Assembly (NCBI GenBank): GCA_965202625.1
Contig: CBDBBI010000010.1
Span: 192,001 to 256,000, forward strand
Direction: 5' to 3'
Length of the DNA stretch: 64,000 nt
Source: a bacterium
GTDB lineage: Bacteria > UBA8248
Below, one piece after another: positions 28,695 to 38,382 of the stretch. Below the pieces are notes generated by a model. That model ran no database searches, was not told the origin of the DNA, and was given only the letters and a program-made list of their open reading frames with translations. The position numbers and the translations under genes were made by a program. Numbering within the stretch: position 1 is the first letter of the stretch; every line of letters starts with the position of its first letter.

Positions 28695-29672
28695 ATGAAG
28701 GCGATATGCGTGCATGAATTCGGCGGTCCTGGGGTAATGGTGCTTGAGGAGGCGGAAGAGCGGACTCCGGCGGCGGGAGAAATTCTGGTGCGGGTGCGCG
28801 CGGCGGGAGTGAACCCTGTGGACACGACCTTTCGATCGGGTGCGCATCCATTGTCAAGAAACCTTGCTCTGCCCTGGACGCCCGGCATTGACGCGGCGGG
28901 CGAGGTGATGGCCGTCGGGGAGGGCGTGAGCGGATTCTCCCCTGGCGAGAGGGTTTTTGGCGCCGCGACGAGCGGGAGTTACGCAGAACAGGCGCTTCTC
29001 AACCCGTTGCGCACGGCGAAGCTTCCCGAGGGCGTATCCTATGAGGAGGGCGCTTCCTTTCCGGTCGTTTTATACACGGCCTATTACGCCCTGATATACA
29101 AGGCGCGCATCAGGGCGGGCGAGACGGTGCTCATCCACGCGGGGGCCGGCGGCGTGGGCTGCATGGCGATTCAAATCGCGAAGGCGGCCGGAGTTCGCGT
29201 CATCACGACGGTGAGCTCGGAGGAGAAGGCGGAATTTTGCCGAGGGTTTGGCGCCGACGTGATAGTGAATTACCGGGACGAGGATTTTGCGGAGCGTTGC
29301 CTGGCGGAGACCGAGGGGCGCGGGGTGGACGCCGTCGTCGAGATGGTGGCGACGGATAATTTCGACAAGGACTGCCGGGCGGTCAAAAAATATGGCTGCA
29401 TCGTCGTGCTGGGCGCCGGGACCGGCAAGAACCCGGTGGGTTCGGTGAACTATCCCCCCTTCTATTCCAAGGATATCGACGTCCGGGGGATGAGCCTGTT
29501 CAATTCGGACCCCGTGTTTCCGTACATGGCGCGTCAGTTGGATCTCCTGCTCGCCGAGGGGAGAGTGCGCGCCGCCGTGGGGGAGACGATGCCGCTCGCT
29601 GAGGCCGCGCGCGCCCACGAGGCGCTGATGACGGGCGAGGTTTTCGGGAAAATCGTCTTGTCGGTTGACTAG
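28695..29672 (+). CDS. NADPH:quinone oxidoreductase (zeta-crystallin/MDR family)
   Basis: MKAI....FGGP, AAGVNPVD, PG.D.AG.V, AGAGGVG, GKIVL. Confidence 0.92.
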   Translation: MKAICVHEFGGPGVMVLEEAEERTPAAGEILVRVRAAGVNPVDTTFRSGAHPLSRNLALPWTPGIDAAGEVMAVGEGVSGFSPGERVFGAATSGSYAEQALLNPLRTAKLPEGVSYEEGASFPVVLYTAYYALIYKARIRAGETVLIHAGAGGVGCMAIQIAKAAGVRVITTVSSEEKAEFCRGFGADVIVNYRDEDFAERCLAETEGRGVDAVVEMVATDNFDKDCRAVKKYGCIVVLGAGTGKNPVGSVNYPPFYSKDIDVRGMSLFNSDPVFPYMARQLDLLLAEGRVRAAVGETMPLAEAARAHEALMTGEVFGKIVLSVD

Positions 29673-29774
29673 ACGAGGCGTCAAGCCCATCAAACGAGCC
29701 GGCGCGAATGGCGGCTTCGATTTGGTGCCCGGTGGGGGGCGTGCCCTTTGACGTGAAAATTTCGTAAGGAAATC

Positions 29775-30180
29775 ATGCAGAAAATCATCTGGGTGATCAA
29801 GAAAATCCTGCTGGTTTTGGTCGCTTGGGTTTTGGTCGCGGGAACTGTTGGAGCGATGATCTTCGGCGAAGTTCGTTCTTGGCCCAACTTGATCAGCGTC
29901 GCTGTGCCGATTTTCAGTCGCGGTGGAGCGTGGAGACGGGTTGCGGCCGCCTGCGCCGGATTCGCAGCAGGAAACCTGACCGTCCTGGCTTTTCGCACGG
30001 CGGCAAAATTGTATGTTGTGGCCAAAGGGGGTTTCAGCACGCCCGCTTTCTACGACGTCATTATCCACCGCCGGTAACATAGCTGGCATTGGTGCTGCTG
30101 TCGTCGCTCCGATTGTGAGCTTGGGGGTGGTTTTGCTGGTTTTGTGGTGGAACCGGACCCCCCTGAAATCGTCGAAGTGA
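29775..30180 (+). pseudogene. Small hydrophobic membrane protein, probably frameshifted
   Basis: ORF 29775-30077 with hydrophobic helices and AAGGA RBS; another TM helix (LSTAGNIAGIGAAVVAPIVSLGVVLLVLWWNRTPLKSSK*) continues in the +1 frame to 30180. Confidence 0.45.
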
Positions 30181-30213
30181 TTCCCCATGTCCTGCGTGCG
30201 ACTTGAAAACCCT

Positions 30214-30364
30214 TGTAGCTGAGCAAAAATCATTGCGCATTTATGCGAAAATAATTCAGAATGCCCTGGAAAATGGCCGTTTTTCGGGCGTAAATGGCCG
30301 TGAAAAGGCCTTGAAAAGCCCTTCAAAGCGCGTCGTCGAGCGCGGCGGCGGCGAGGGTCTCCGC
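30214..30364 (+). repeat. Diverged non-coding repeat, copy A
   Basis: Collinear similarity to 53164-53330: TGTAGC, ATTGCG, AAAATAA, GAATGCC, CCGTTTTTCGGG, TAAA.GGC, GTGAAA.GGCC, GCGGCGAGGG..TCCGC. Confidence 0.7.
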
Positions 30365-30560
30365 GTCTCCGGGCGCGGCGTCGATGGGGGATAATCGCCG
30401 CGTTCGTCATTGCGAGCAGTCGCCTTTCCGCCCGTTCGGGTGAAAAAACACAATGGGCGTCATCGGGAAAAGTTAAGGGAGAGCGCACAGCACGCTCCGT
30501 AAGTGGGCACTTGTAGTTCACAATGCGGATATCGGTAGCGAAGAGGATTGGGGGAAAGAC

Positions 30561-31733
30561 ATGGGCGCGTTGGACGGTATTCGCGTGCTGGACATGACGC
30601 ACTACGTGGCGGGGCCGTTCTGCACGCTGATGATGGGAGATGCGGGCGCCGACGTCGTCAAACTCGAGCCGCCCGAGGGCGATCGCGTCCGGAATTTTCC
30701 CTCCTCGTTTGCGGGGGAAAGCAGGCTGTTCCTGGGTTTGAACCGCAGCAAGCGCAGCCTCGCCCTGAACCTGCGCGCGGCGCGCGGCAGGGAGATCGCC
30801 AGAAAACTGGCCTCGGATGCGGACGTGTTCGTGGAGGGCTATCGTCCGGGAGCGGTCGAGAGGCTGGGGCTGGGCGCCGACGCGTTGATGCGGGAGAACC
30901 CCCGGCTGATTTATCTGTCCGTCTCCGCCTATGGACAGAGGGGTCCCTTGCGTGAGCGCAGGGGCATTGACCCCATCATCCAGACCACGGCGGGCATTCC
31001 GGCCGAGCAGGGGGCGGGCGGTCCTCCCCGACTCGTGCAGGGCTCTTTCGTGGATTACATTACCGGAGCACTGGCACTGGGCGCGGTGCTGATGGCGCTG
31101 TACGCCCGTGAGCGCACGGGCGAGGGGCAGCGCATCGACGCCTCGCTTCTGGGAGGCGCTGCGGCCGCCCAGTTTGGCCGTCTGATATGGGCGCCCGACT
31201 CTGAGCCTCTCTCGAGGGTGGAGGACGCCCTGAGCGACAGGATTTCCCGGATCTACGAGGTCGCCGACGGACATATCTACCTTTATCTGGACGTGGATGG
31301 TTTCTGGGAGAAATCCTGCGAGGTTCTCGGACTTCCCGAATTGCTTGAGAATGCCGCGTGGCAAGCTTTCAGAGGGCGGCATCGCGCGCGCGATGCCATT
31401 ATCCCCCGCGTCCAGAAGGTTTTGCTCGGGGCGTCGGCCGAGGAATGGGTGCGGAAGTTCGAGGGCGTCGGCGTGCCCTGCGCGCGCGTGAGAAAGCCTG
31501 CGGACCTGTTCGAGGATGAACAGATGAAGGCGATGGGCTATCTCGCCCAGGCGGAGCATCCCGAATACGGCGTTTTGCGCATGGCGGGCGTTCCTGTGCA
31601 GCTCGACAAGACGCCCTCGTCTGTGCGAAGGCCGCCGCCTCGCCTCGGGCAGCACACGGACGAAGTGCTCGGGGAGATGGGCCTCCCTCCCCGCGAGATA
31701 TCCGCCTTGCGCGCCGAGGAGGTCGTTCGCTGA
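30561..31733 (+). CDS. CoA-transferase family III (CaiB/BaiF)
   Basis: L.GIRVLD....AGP....MGD.GADVVK.E, NRSKRSL.LNL, D...Q...G, GQ.ID.SL, P.LGQHT.EVL. Confidence 0.95.
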   Translation: MGALDGIRVLDMTHYVAGPFCTLMMGDAGADVVKLEPPEGDRVRNFPSSFAGESRLFLGLNRSKRSLALNLRAARGREIARKLASDADVFVEGYRPGAVERLGLGADALMRENPRLIYLSVSAYGQRGPLRERRGIDPIIQTTAGIPAEQGAGGPPRLVQGSFVDYITGALALGAVLMALYARERTGEGQRIDASLLGGAAAAQFGRLIWAPDSEPLSRVEDALSDRISRIYEVADGHIYLYLDVDGFWEKSCEVLGLPELLENAAWQAFRGRHRARDAIIPRVQKVLLGASAEEWVRKFEGVGVPCARVRKPADLFEDEQMKAMGYLAQAEHPEYGVLRMAGVPVQLDKTPSSVRRPPPRLGQHTDEVLGEMGLPPREISALRAEEVVR

Positions 31734-31761
31734 TGGATTTTGTTTTTGCGGGCGCGCGCGA

Positions 31762-31791
31762 TTGACCGAGGGGCGTCCCCGCGCTTAGCAT
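31762..31791 (+). promoter_or_regulatory. Putative sigma70 promoter
   Basis: TTGACC - 18 nt - TAGCAT upstream of the hydrolase start at 31868. Confidence 0.3.
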
Positions 31792-31867
31792 TTCGCCGAA
31801 ACCCTGCGCGGCGACGCGATTTTTTGCGGCGAAACTCCTTCCCCATTTTCTCAAAACGGAGAGCGAA

Positions 31868-33088
31868 ATGATTCGGAAACTACGCACCGAGAGAGACAAC
31901 CAGCAGTGGATGCTCGATTTGGCGCTCAACATGAGGGGCCGCGTTCAGAACTTTGAGCGCGATTACCTGGAAGTCCCCCAGGGCAAGCGCGCCCACAATT
32001 ACCAGATGTTGCCCAAAGTCTGGCGCGAGTCCGCCGAGACGCATGAGAAGCTCGCCAAGAAGGCGCAAAGGGAGGGTTTTCATCCCACGGCCACGGAGCA
32101 CTACGACCACGCCATCGAAGCGTATCGAATGGCCCAGCATCCGATTTTTTACGACGACAATCCGGTGAAGATCTACCTCACCAACAAGCTCAAGGAGATG
32201 GTGGACAGGCGATCCGAGACCGCCTCCTATCCCATCGAGCGCGTCGAAGTCCCCTTCGATGACGGCAAGACCATATCGTGCCTTCTGCATTTGCTGCCGG
32301 ATCGCAGAAAGGCGCCTTGCGTGATCTACGTGCCGGGAATGGACCAGACCAAGGAGGTGTTTCCCCACGCGAGGCACAACGTCGCGGCCGAGCGGGGCTT
32401 TCACGTCCTGGCGATGGACGGGCCCGGACAGGGGAACTCCAACATGCAGAAGATACGCGCCGTCGGGGACAATTATGAGCGCGCAGGCGCCGCGGTGATG
32501 GACTACCTTCTGGGTCGCGAGGAAATCGAGCCGACCAAAATCGGCGTATACGGCATCAGCATGGGCAGCTTCTGGTCGCTTCGCCTGGCGAGTTACGACC
32601 GCCGCGCGGCCGCCGTGGCGAGTGCGGTGGCCTGCTTCAACCCGAACAACACGATCTTCACGCAGTCCTCGCCCCGCTTCAAGCAGGTGTTCATGTATAT
32701 GGCGGGCATGGAGGATGAGGATGCGTTTGACGAGATGGCGCGGAATATGACCGTGAAGGGGTATATGGGCGAGATACAATGTCCCACCCTTCTGGTGACG
32801 GGCGAGTTCGACCCGCTCTGCCCCCTTGAGGATGCGATTGAGGTGTATGAGGACCTCACGTGCAAAAAGGAGATGTGGGTGTTCGAGAATCAGTTCCACC
32901 CCCTGGTCAGCCTGAAGAATCTCGGGGGCATGGACAACCATCAATACATTCTGGACTGGCTGCGTCGCACCCTCGTGGATGGGCGGGTGAGCGACGACCG
33001 CATCGCCTACGTGAAGGAGGACGGGGATGGTCCATTCGGGCAGTGCGAATGGACGCCGCCCGTGCGTTCCGGCCAGGTCTATTTTTAG
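31868..33088 (+). CDS. Alpha/beta hydrolase (FrsA / 2,6-dihydroxypseudooxynicotine hydrolase-like)
   Basis: PGMD.TKE, DGPGQG, nucleophile elbow GISMG, G..DPL, H near C-terminus. Confidence 0.85.
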   Translation: MIRKLRTERDNQQWMLDLALNMRGRVQNFERDYLEVPQGKRAHNYQMLPKVWRESAETHEKLAKKAQREGFHPTATEHYDHAIEAYRMAQHPIFYDDNPVKIYLTNKLKEMVDRRSETASYPIERVEVPFDDGKTISCLLHLLPDRRKAPCVIYVPGMDQTKEVFPHARHNVAAERGFHVLAMDGPGQGNSNMQKIRAVGDNYERAGAAVMDYLLGREEIEPTKIGVYGISMGSFWSLRLASYDRRAAAVASAVACFNPNNTIFTQSSPRFKQVFMYMAGMEDEDAFDEMARNMTVKGYMGEIQCPTLLVTGEFDPLCPLEDAIEVYEDLTCKKEMWVFENQFHPLVSLKNLGGMDNHQYILDWLRRTLVDGRVSDDRIAYVKEDGDGPFGQCEWTPPVRSGQVYF

Positions 33089-33207
33089 CGGATGAGAGAA
33101 TGCGAGAAGCGGTGAGTTGAACGCAACCTGAATAAGGGGCGCGCCGGGGCGGAAGCGTGGGTCTTCCGCCCCGGCTTTTTGATGCCTGCACTTTGCGGGG
33201 AGGCTTC

Positions 33208-34083
33208 TTGGAGCATTATCTCGCCATCGTTTTAAGTCTGGCGTCGGCGGTTCTGTTCGCCGTATTCAGCGTTATCGCGCGCAAGGGGCTGGGAGAGACG
33301 ACCGCCTACGTCGGCGCGGTCGTCGGTCTGGCCATCGGAATTCCGATTCTGGGGGGGCTATCCCTCGCTTTCTCCAGCTGGGGGCAGCTCTCCTATCGGG
33401 CGGGGCTTTGGTTTCTCGCAGGCGGCGTCCTGGCTCCAGGGTTCAGCCGCTTCCTCCTTTTTCTGGGTTTCAGGACGATAGGCGTCGGCCGCACCATGCC
33501 CCTGGTGACGATCACCCCCTTCCTCTCGACCCTGGTGGCGATCGCCTGGCTTGGAGAGAGGCCGGGGCCTGCGGTTTGGATCGCCATCGTTTTCGTAATG
33601 GCGGGATGTTTGTTCTTGACCGTCAAGCCGGAGGGCGACTCCGACTGGAGGCGCGTCCACATGATCTACCCTTTCCTTCACGCCGTCGTGATGGCGGTCG
33701 CATCCACCCTGCGGCGCTACGGGCTGCTCGTTTACGGCGATCCCTTGATCGGCGCGACGATCGCGAACCTCGTTTCGCTGCCCGCGCTCCTGTTGTTCGC
33801 TCCCGCCCTGCCGGAAGCCGAGCGTTTCCGCATGGACTGGGTGGGCCTCAAGTGGTTCAGCCTGGCGGGCGTGGTCAACGCCGCGGCCTATCTGGCGTTT
33901 TTCTCCGCGTTTCAGTATGGCGAGGTGTTCGTCGTCATGCCCCTCAGCTATACCGCGCCCTTGTTCTCCCTGGCGCTCGCGCGCGTTTGGCTCAAAGAAG
34001 AAGAGAAACTCACGTGGCGGAAATGGGCGGGAGGCGTCTTGTTGTTTTTCGCCACGATGATGATCGCCTGGGCGAGCGTGTAG
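33208..34083 (+). CDS. DMT/EamA family transporter
   Basis: Ten TM helices in two repeats; TP...T..AI.WLGE and APLF....A...LKE.E; TTG start after GGGGAGG. Confidence 0.88.
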   Translation: MEHYLAIVLSLASAVLFAVFSVIARKGLGETTAYVGAVVGLAIGIPILGGLSLAFSSWGQLSYRAGLWFLAGGVLAPGFSRFLLFLGFRTIGVGRTMPLVTITPFLSTLVAIAWLGERPGPAVWIAIVFVMAGCLFLTVKPEGDSDWRRVHMIYPFLHAVVMAVASTLRRYGLLVYGDPLIGATIANLVSLPALLLFAPALPEAERFRMDWVGLKWFSLAGVVNAAAYLAFFSAFQYGEVFVVMPLSYTAPLFSLALARVWLKEEEKLTWRKWAGGVLLFFATMMIAWASV

Positions 34084-34221
34084 ACGGAACGAGACGTTTC
34101 ATGTTGAAAATCCCCCCTTTTGGGGGGGGCGGGCGTCTCCCGCAAGCGTCGGTCGAAAGTGCGCCCCCGCGCGCTGCGCATCGGGGAGGAGGAGCGACCG
34201 GCCAGTCTCCCCCCTTGCGGG

Positions 34222-34755
34222 TCATTTTTTGAGGAGCCACACGCCGTCCTCGCCATCCACTTCCCGCATTCGAACCTGGATGTGCTCCTGGGGGGAGGTG
34301 GGCACGTTCTTGCCGACGAAATCGGGACGAAACGGCAGCTCTCGGTGCCCTCGGTCTATCAGGGTGGCGAGCCATATTCTCTTTGGTCGTCCCATTTCCA
34401 TGATGGCGTCCAGTGCCGCGCGCGTGGTTCTGCCCGTGAAGAACACGTCGTCCACCAGAAAAATCTGGCGATTCGTCATGTCAAAATCAACGAGCGTCGG
34501 CTCGAAATGACGCCCCTCCGCGGGGTGCCCCGCGTCGTCTCGATGGATGCCGATGTCGAGCACGCCAAGAGGGGGGGTGACGTTTTCGAGTTCCTGAATG
34601 TGTTCCTTGAGCCGCCTGGCCAACGGTTCTCCTCGCGTGAGCACTCCGAGGAGGGCGACGCTTTCATCTCCGGCGCACGCCTCCATCATCTCAGAGGCGA
34701 TCCGCTTGAGGGACAATTCGAGCTCTTTCGCCGTCATGATGGAAACCGCAGCCAT
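34222..34755 (-). CDS. pyrR: Bifunctional pyrimidine operon regulator / uracil phosphoribosyltransferase
   Basis: RIA.E, G..TRG..LA.RL, G.LDI..HRDD, LVDDV.FTGRT.RAALDA, L.DRGHRELP.RPDFVGKNVPTS..E. Confidence 0.95.
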   Translation of the reverse strand: MAAVSIMTAKELELSLKRIASEMMEACAGDESVALLGVLTRGEPLARRLKEHIQELENVTPPLGVLDIGIHRDDAGHPAEGRHFEPTLVDFDMTNRQIFLVDDVFFTGRTTRAALDAIMEMGRPKRIWLATLIDRGHRELPFRPDFVGKNVPTSPQEHIQVRMREVDGEDGVWLLKK

Positions 34756-34817
34756 GCAGGATACCCGGAGTGGGGGAGAAGTGCACCGCTTCATCCTAGC
34801 GGTTGTCGTTTCGCGAA

Positions 34818-36143
34818 TCAACGACTTTGCGGAATGGCGAAATTTCGCCTTACGAAATCCCTGGCCTGCTCGGCGTTGGACACGCACCCCTCGAGCTGCG
34901 CATCTTCAAGCGCGAAGAGAATCTCTCCCAGCCTCGGCCCTTGCGGGTAGCCCATGTCCATGAGCGCGCGCCCATCCAGCAGACGCGGCGGACGGAGGGA
35001 TTCCTCCTGGAGTGCGCGCAGTTTTTCGGTGCAGAACTCATGGGTTCCCAAATCGCCGTGGCTGGCGAGGCAATCGATGCGATGCAGCTCCAGCAACTCC
35101 TCGAAGTAGGGCTCCCGCAGAAATCGCTTCAGGCGGCTGTCCCGCATCTTCTCCACGTGCATGAAGCGCATGTGGTTGGCGACCAGCGCCTGAATGCGCA
35201 GCGCGCGCGACCGCGCCATGCGAAGCCTCTCGCAAATGGCCAGACCCATTTCCGCGCCTGCCTTGTCGTGTCCGTTGAAGCGGATTCTGTCGGTTTTCGC
35301 GTATGTGGAGGGTTTGCCGACGTCGTGGAGCAATACGCTCCAGGAGAGGGTGGGCGAGGAGGAGCGCTTGATGTGCAGCATGATGAGGGTGTGCGTCCAG
35401 ACGTCGCCTTCGGGGTGAAATTCCGGAGGTTGCGCAACGCCCTTCAGGGCGACGACCTCGGGCAGTGCGTAAGGGAGAAGCCCCAGCGAATCGAGCATGG
35501 GGAAAGCGCGGTCGGGATTCTCCTGGGTGAGCATCGTCGTCAGTTCGTCTCGAATCCGCTCGGCGCTTATTTTCTCGATGCGCCTCGCGTTCGCCTGGAT
35601 GGCCGAGGCGGTCGCCGGCTCGATGGCGAAACCGAATTTCGCCGAGAAGCGGACCGCTCTCATCATCCGCAGGTGGTCCTCCTGGAATCGAAGCCCCGGC
35701 TCTCCGATGGCGCGAATGGTTTTCTCCGCAAGGTCGCGCATACCGCCGACGTAGTCGAGAACCCGACTCTCGAGTATGTCGTAAAACATTCCGTTGACCG
35801 TGAAATCCCGCCTTCTCGCATCTTCGACCTCGTTGGAAGGGCGTACCGCATTCGGGCGTCTTCCGTCGCCATACACGTCGTCTTCGCGAAATTGCGCCAC
35901 TTCAAACTCTCGCCCCTCCATGCGCACGCGCACCACGCCAAACTGCGCTCCCGTCATCGCGGTTTTCTCGAAGCGGCTCCGCACGGTTTCCGGCCTCGCG
36001 TCCGTGGCGATGTCCCAGTCCTTTGGTTTCCGGCCGAGCAGGGCGTCTCTCACGCACCCTCCTGCAAGAAGGGCGCGATGGCCCAGTGCCCGCAGCGCTT
36101 GAATGATGCGAACCGCAGCGTCCGGCGGCTTGATGTCCAGCAT
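34818..36143 (-). CDS. cca: CCA tRNA nucleotidyltransferase with HD domain
   Basis: GGCVRD.LLG..PKDWDIAT, DA.RRDFTVN, RFQED.LR..RA.RF, ISAERI..EL, HPEGDVW.HT, LHDVGKP. Confidence 0.9.
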   Translation of the reverse strand: MLDIKPPDAAVRIIQALRALGHRALLAGGCVRDALLGRKPKDWDIATDARPETVRSRFEKTAMTGAQFGVVRVRMEGREFEVAQFREDDVYGDGRRPNAVRPSNEVEDARRRDFTVNGMFYDILESRVLDYVGGMRDLAEKTIRAIGEPGLRFQEDHLRMMRAVRFSAKFGFAIEPATASAIQANARRIEKISAERIRDELTTMLTQENPDRAFPMLDSLGLLPYALPEVVALKGVAQPPEFHPEGDVWTHTLIMLHIKRSSSPTLSWSVLLHDVGKPSTYAKTDRIRFNGHDKAGAEMGLAICERLRMARSRALRIQALVANHMRFMHVEKMRDSRLKRFLREPYFEELLELHRIDCLASHGDLGTHEFCTEKLRALQEESLRPPRLLDGRALMDMGYPQGPRLGEILFALEDAQLEGCVSNAEQARDFVRRNFAIPQSR

Positions 36144-36407
36144 GAACTACCCTCCATGGTGAAGGCGTCTGCGCTCTCGGTGCAGGATAGCCCAGCCCTG
36201 AGCGCCGGCAAAACCTGGGTTTCATGGAGGGGTTTGCCTCGATTCGCGTCTGGCTGATAACTTGCCGCGCGACGGAGGATGCGATGGTTCCCCAAAGCGC
36301 GCGCGTTTGTCGCTTGCCGCATCATTTTCCGGCCTCGGCGAGCGCGGCGTTCGGGGCGTCCCTTCTGCGATGATGCAGAAAAGCCCCCACCCGAAGCGCG
36401 GGGAGAG

Positions 36408-37259
36408 ATGGTGATGTGCTCAGCCATACGGGCAGGTTTGGCGATTATCGCGCTGATGCTCGCCTCTTTTTCTCTTCCGGGTTTCGCATGGTCCGCTCCA
36501 GTCGAGGTGGACCTGGAGCTCGTCCTGGCCGTGGACGTTTCCGGAAGCGTGGATGCGGAGGAGGGGAGGCTCCAGCGCATGGGCTACGTGAACGCCTTTC
36601 GCTCCGCATCCGTTTTGCGCGCCATTCGCTCGGGCAGGCGCAAACGCGTCGCGGTGGCTTACGTGGAATGGGCCGGCCATGATTTTCAGCACACTGTGGC
36701 GGGCTGGACGCAGATTCACGACGCGGCGAGCGCGGGGGCGTTCGCCGCGCTCCTCGCCCGGAAACCTGTGGGTGCGGGCCCCTACACCTCCATCAGCGGC
36801 GCGATAGAGTTCGCCTTGCCCATGTTCGATGACAACGGATTCACGGGCACGCGCCGCGTCATTGATATTTCCGGAGATGGGCCGAACAACAGCGGAGATG
36901 ACGTGACGACGGCGCGGGCGAAGGCCATACGGGCGGGGGTGACGATAAATGGACTCCCCATCGTGAACGACCGGCCCAGTCCCTGGGGGAGAGTGCCGAT
37001 GGCGAACCTGGATTTGTATTACAGAAACTGCGTCATCGGGGGCAGGCGCTCCTTCATGGTGGTTGCGAGTGATTTTGCGTCTTTTGGACGCGCCATTCGC
37101 AGAAAACTGGTTCTGGAGATCGTGGGCGCGCCGGCGGAAAGGCCGCGCCAGGCCCATCGCGTGCGAGAAGCAGGGCGAATTCCTGTTCTCATATCCAGGA
37201 CGTCCCCGCCGTGCGATGCGGGCGAGCGACGCCGCAGCAGCTGGCCGGAGGATTTTTAG
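36408..37259 (+). CDS. DUF1194 (vWA-like) exported protein
   Basis: Signal peptide, VDLELVLAVDVSGS, VEW, RRVIDISGDGPNN.G, INGL.I, YY...VIGG, F..AIRRKLV.EI. Confidence 0.9.
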   Translation: MVMCSAIRAGLAIIALMLASFSLPGFAWSAPVEVDLELVLAVDVSGSVDAEEGRLQRMGYVNAFRSASVLRAIRSGRRKRVAVAYVEWAGHDFQHTVAGWTQIHDAASAGAFAALLARKPVGAGPYTSISGAIEFALPMFDDNGFTGTRRVIDISGDGPNNSGDDVTTARAKAIRAGVTINGLPIVNDRPSPWGRVPMANLDLYYRNCVIGGRRSFMVVASDFASFGRAIRRKLVLEIVGAPAERPRQAHRVREAGRIPVLISRTSPPCDAGERRRSSWPEDF

Positions 37260-37367
37260 GATTTATCAGGCGTTTGTATTTTCTTTTCGTGTTCAGGCGC
37301 GGGCGGAACCTCTGTGCCGTCCGGTGGCGTTTGAACTGGTTTTCAAAACTGAAGGAGTGAAACTTCG

Positions 37368-38342
37368 ATGAAAGCGGTGCGCGTACATGAATTCAACATG
37401 GATGTCCCCATGCGGGTGGATGAGGTGGAAGACCCGAAGCCAGCCCCTGGCGAGGTGTTGATAAAAACCGGCGCGGCCAGCGTCAATCCGGTGGACTTGG
37501 CCATTCGCGCCGCCAAACACCCCTACGCCAGGCTGGTTGTGCCGCCCTACGTTCCGGGCGCCGAGGCGGCGGGGGAAATCATCGCCTTGGGAGAGGGGGT
37601 GGAGGGCTGGCGTATCGGGCAGCGCGCGTATGGCCGCGCGGTGGGCGGCGGCTACGCCGAGAACGTGCGCCTCTCGGCGGACGCGGCGGCGGAGTTGCCC
37701 GACGCCTGCTCCTACGAGGAGGGAGCGTGCATCACCGTGGCGTTCTATACCGCCTGGAACGCGCTCGTCATCAAGGCCCAGGCGGGTCCCGGCGAGACGG
37801 TGCTGATTCAGGGCGGAGCGGGAGGCGTCGGCATGGCGGCGATTCAACTCGCCCGGCGCCTGGGGTGTCGCGTCTTCGCCACGGTGAGCTCTGATGAAAA
37901 GGCGAAATTTTGCAGGGATTTGGGCGCGGACGAGACGATCAACTACCGAGAGGAGGATTTCGCGGAACGCTGCATGGAGCTCACCGACGGGCGCGGCGTC
38001 GACGTCGTCGTCGAGCTTTGCGCGTGCGATAATTTTGACAAGGATCTGGACGCCATCCGCGTGGACGGAAGAATTATCGTCATAGGTACGGGAACGGGGA
38101 AGGGGCCGGGCGCGGAGTTTCGCGTTCCGGCCGTGATGACGAAAGACACCGTCGTTCTCGGTTTGGCCGTGGTGAACCTGTTTCCGAAGATGCCGGAGTT
38201 GGTGCGCCGCTTCACGCCTTTGCTGCGCGAGGGCGCGTTTCGCGTCCACGTCGATAGGACATGGGGGTTTGCGGAGGCGAACCAGGCACACGATCACGTT
38301 TTGGAGGGGCGGTTTCTGGGCAAGGTTGTCCTGACCCCATAA
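37368..38342 (+). CDS. NADPH:quinone oxidoreductase (zeta-crystallin/MDR family)
   Basis: ASVNPVD, PG.E.AG, GGAGGVG, GKVVL. Confidence 0.9.
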   Translation: MKAVRVHEFNMDVPMRVDEVEDPKPAPGEVLIKTGAASVNPVDLAIRAAKHPYARLVVPPYVPGAEAAGEIIALGEGVEGWRIGQRAYGRAVGGGYAENVRLSADAAAELPDACSYEEGACITVAFYTAWNALVIKAQAGPGETVLIQGGAGGVGMAAIQLARRLGCRVFATVSSDEKAKFCRDLGADETINYREEDFAERCMELTDGRGVDVVVELCACDNFDKDLDAIRVDGRIIVIGTGTGKGPGAEFRVPAVMTKDTVVLGLAVVNLFPKMPELVRRFTPLLREGAFRVHVDRTWGFAEANQAHDHVLEGRFLGKVVLTP

Positions 38343-38382
38343 GCGCCCACGGGCGAGGGTTGCGGGGCGAGAGGAGAAGGAA

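Noticed and set aside
29070-31655. 861 aa minus-strand ORF
   Set aside because: Antisense shadow of the QOR and CoA-transferase genes in high-GC DNA; no motifs.
34222-34820. PyrR attenuator / pyr operon
   Set aside because: pyrR follows cca and no pyrB/pyrC/carAB genes follow; no convincing PyrR-binding loop was seen.
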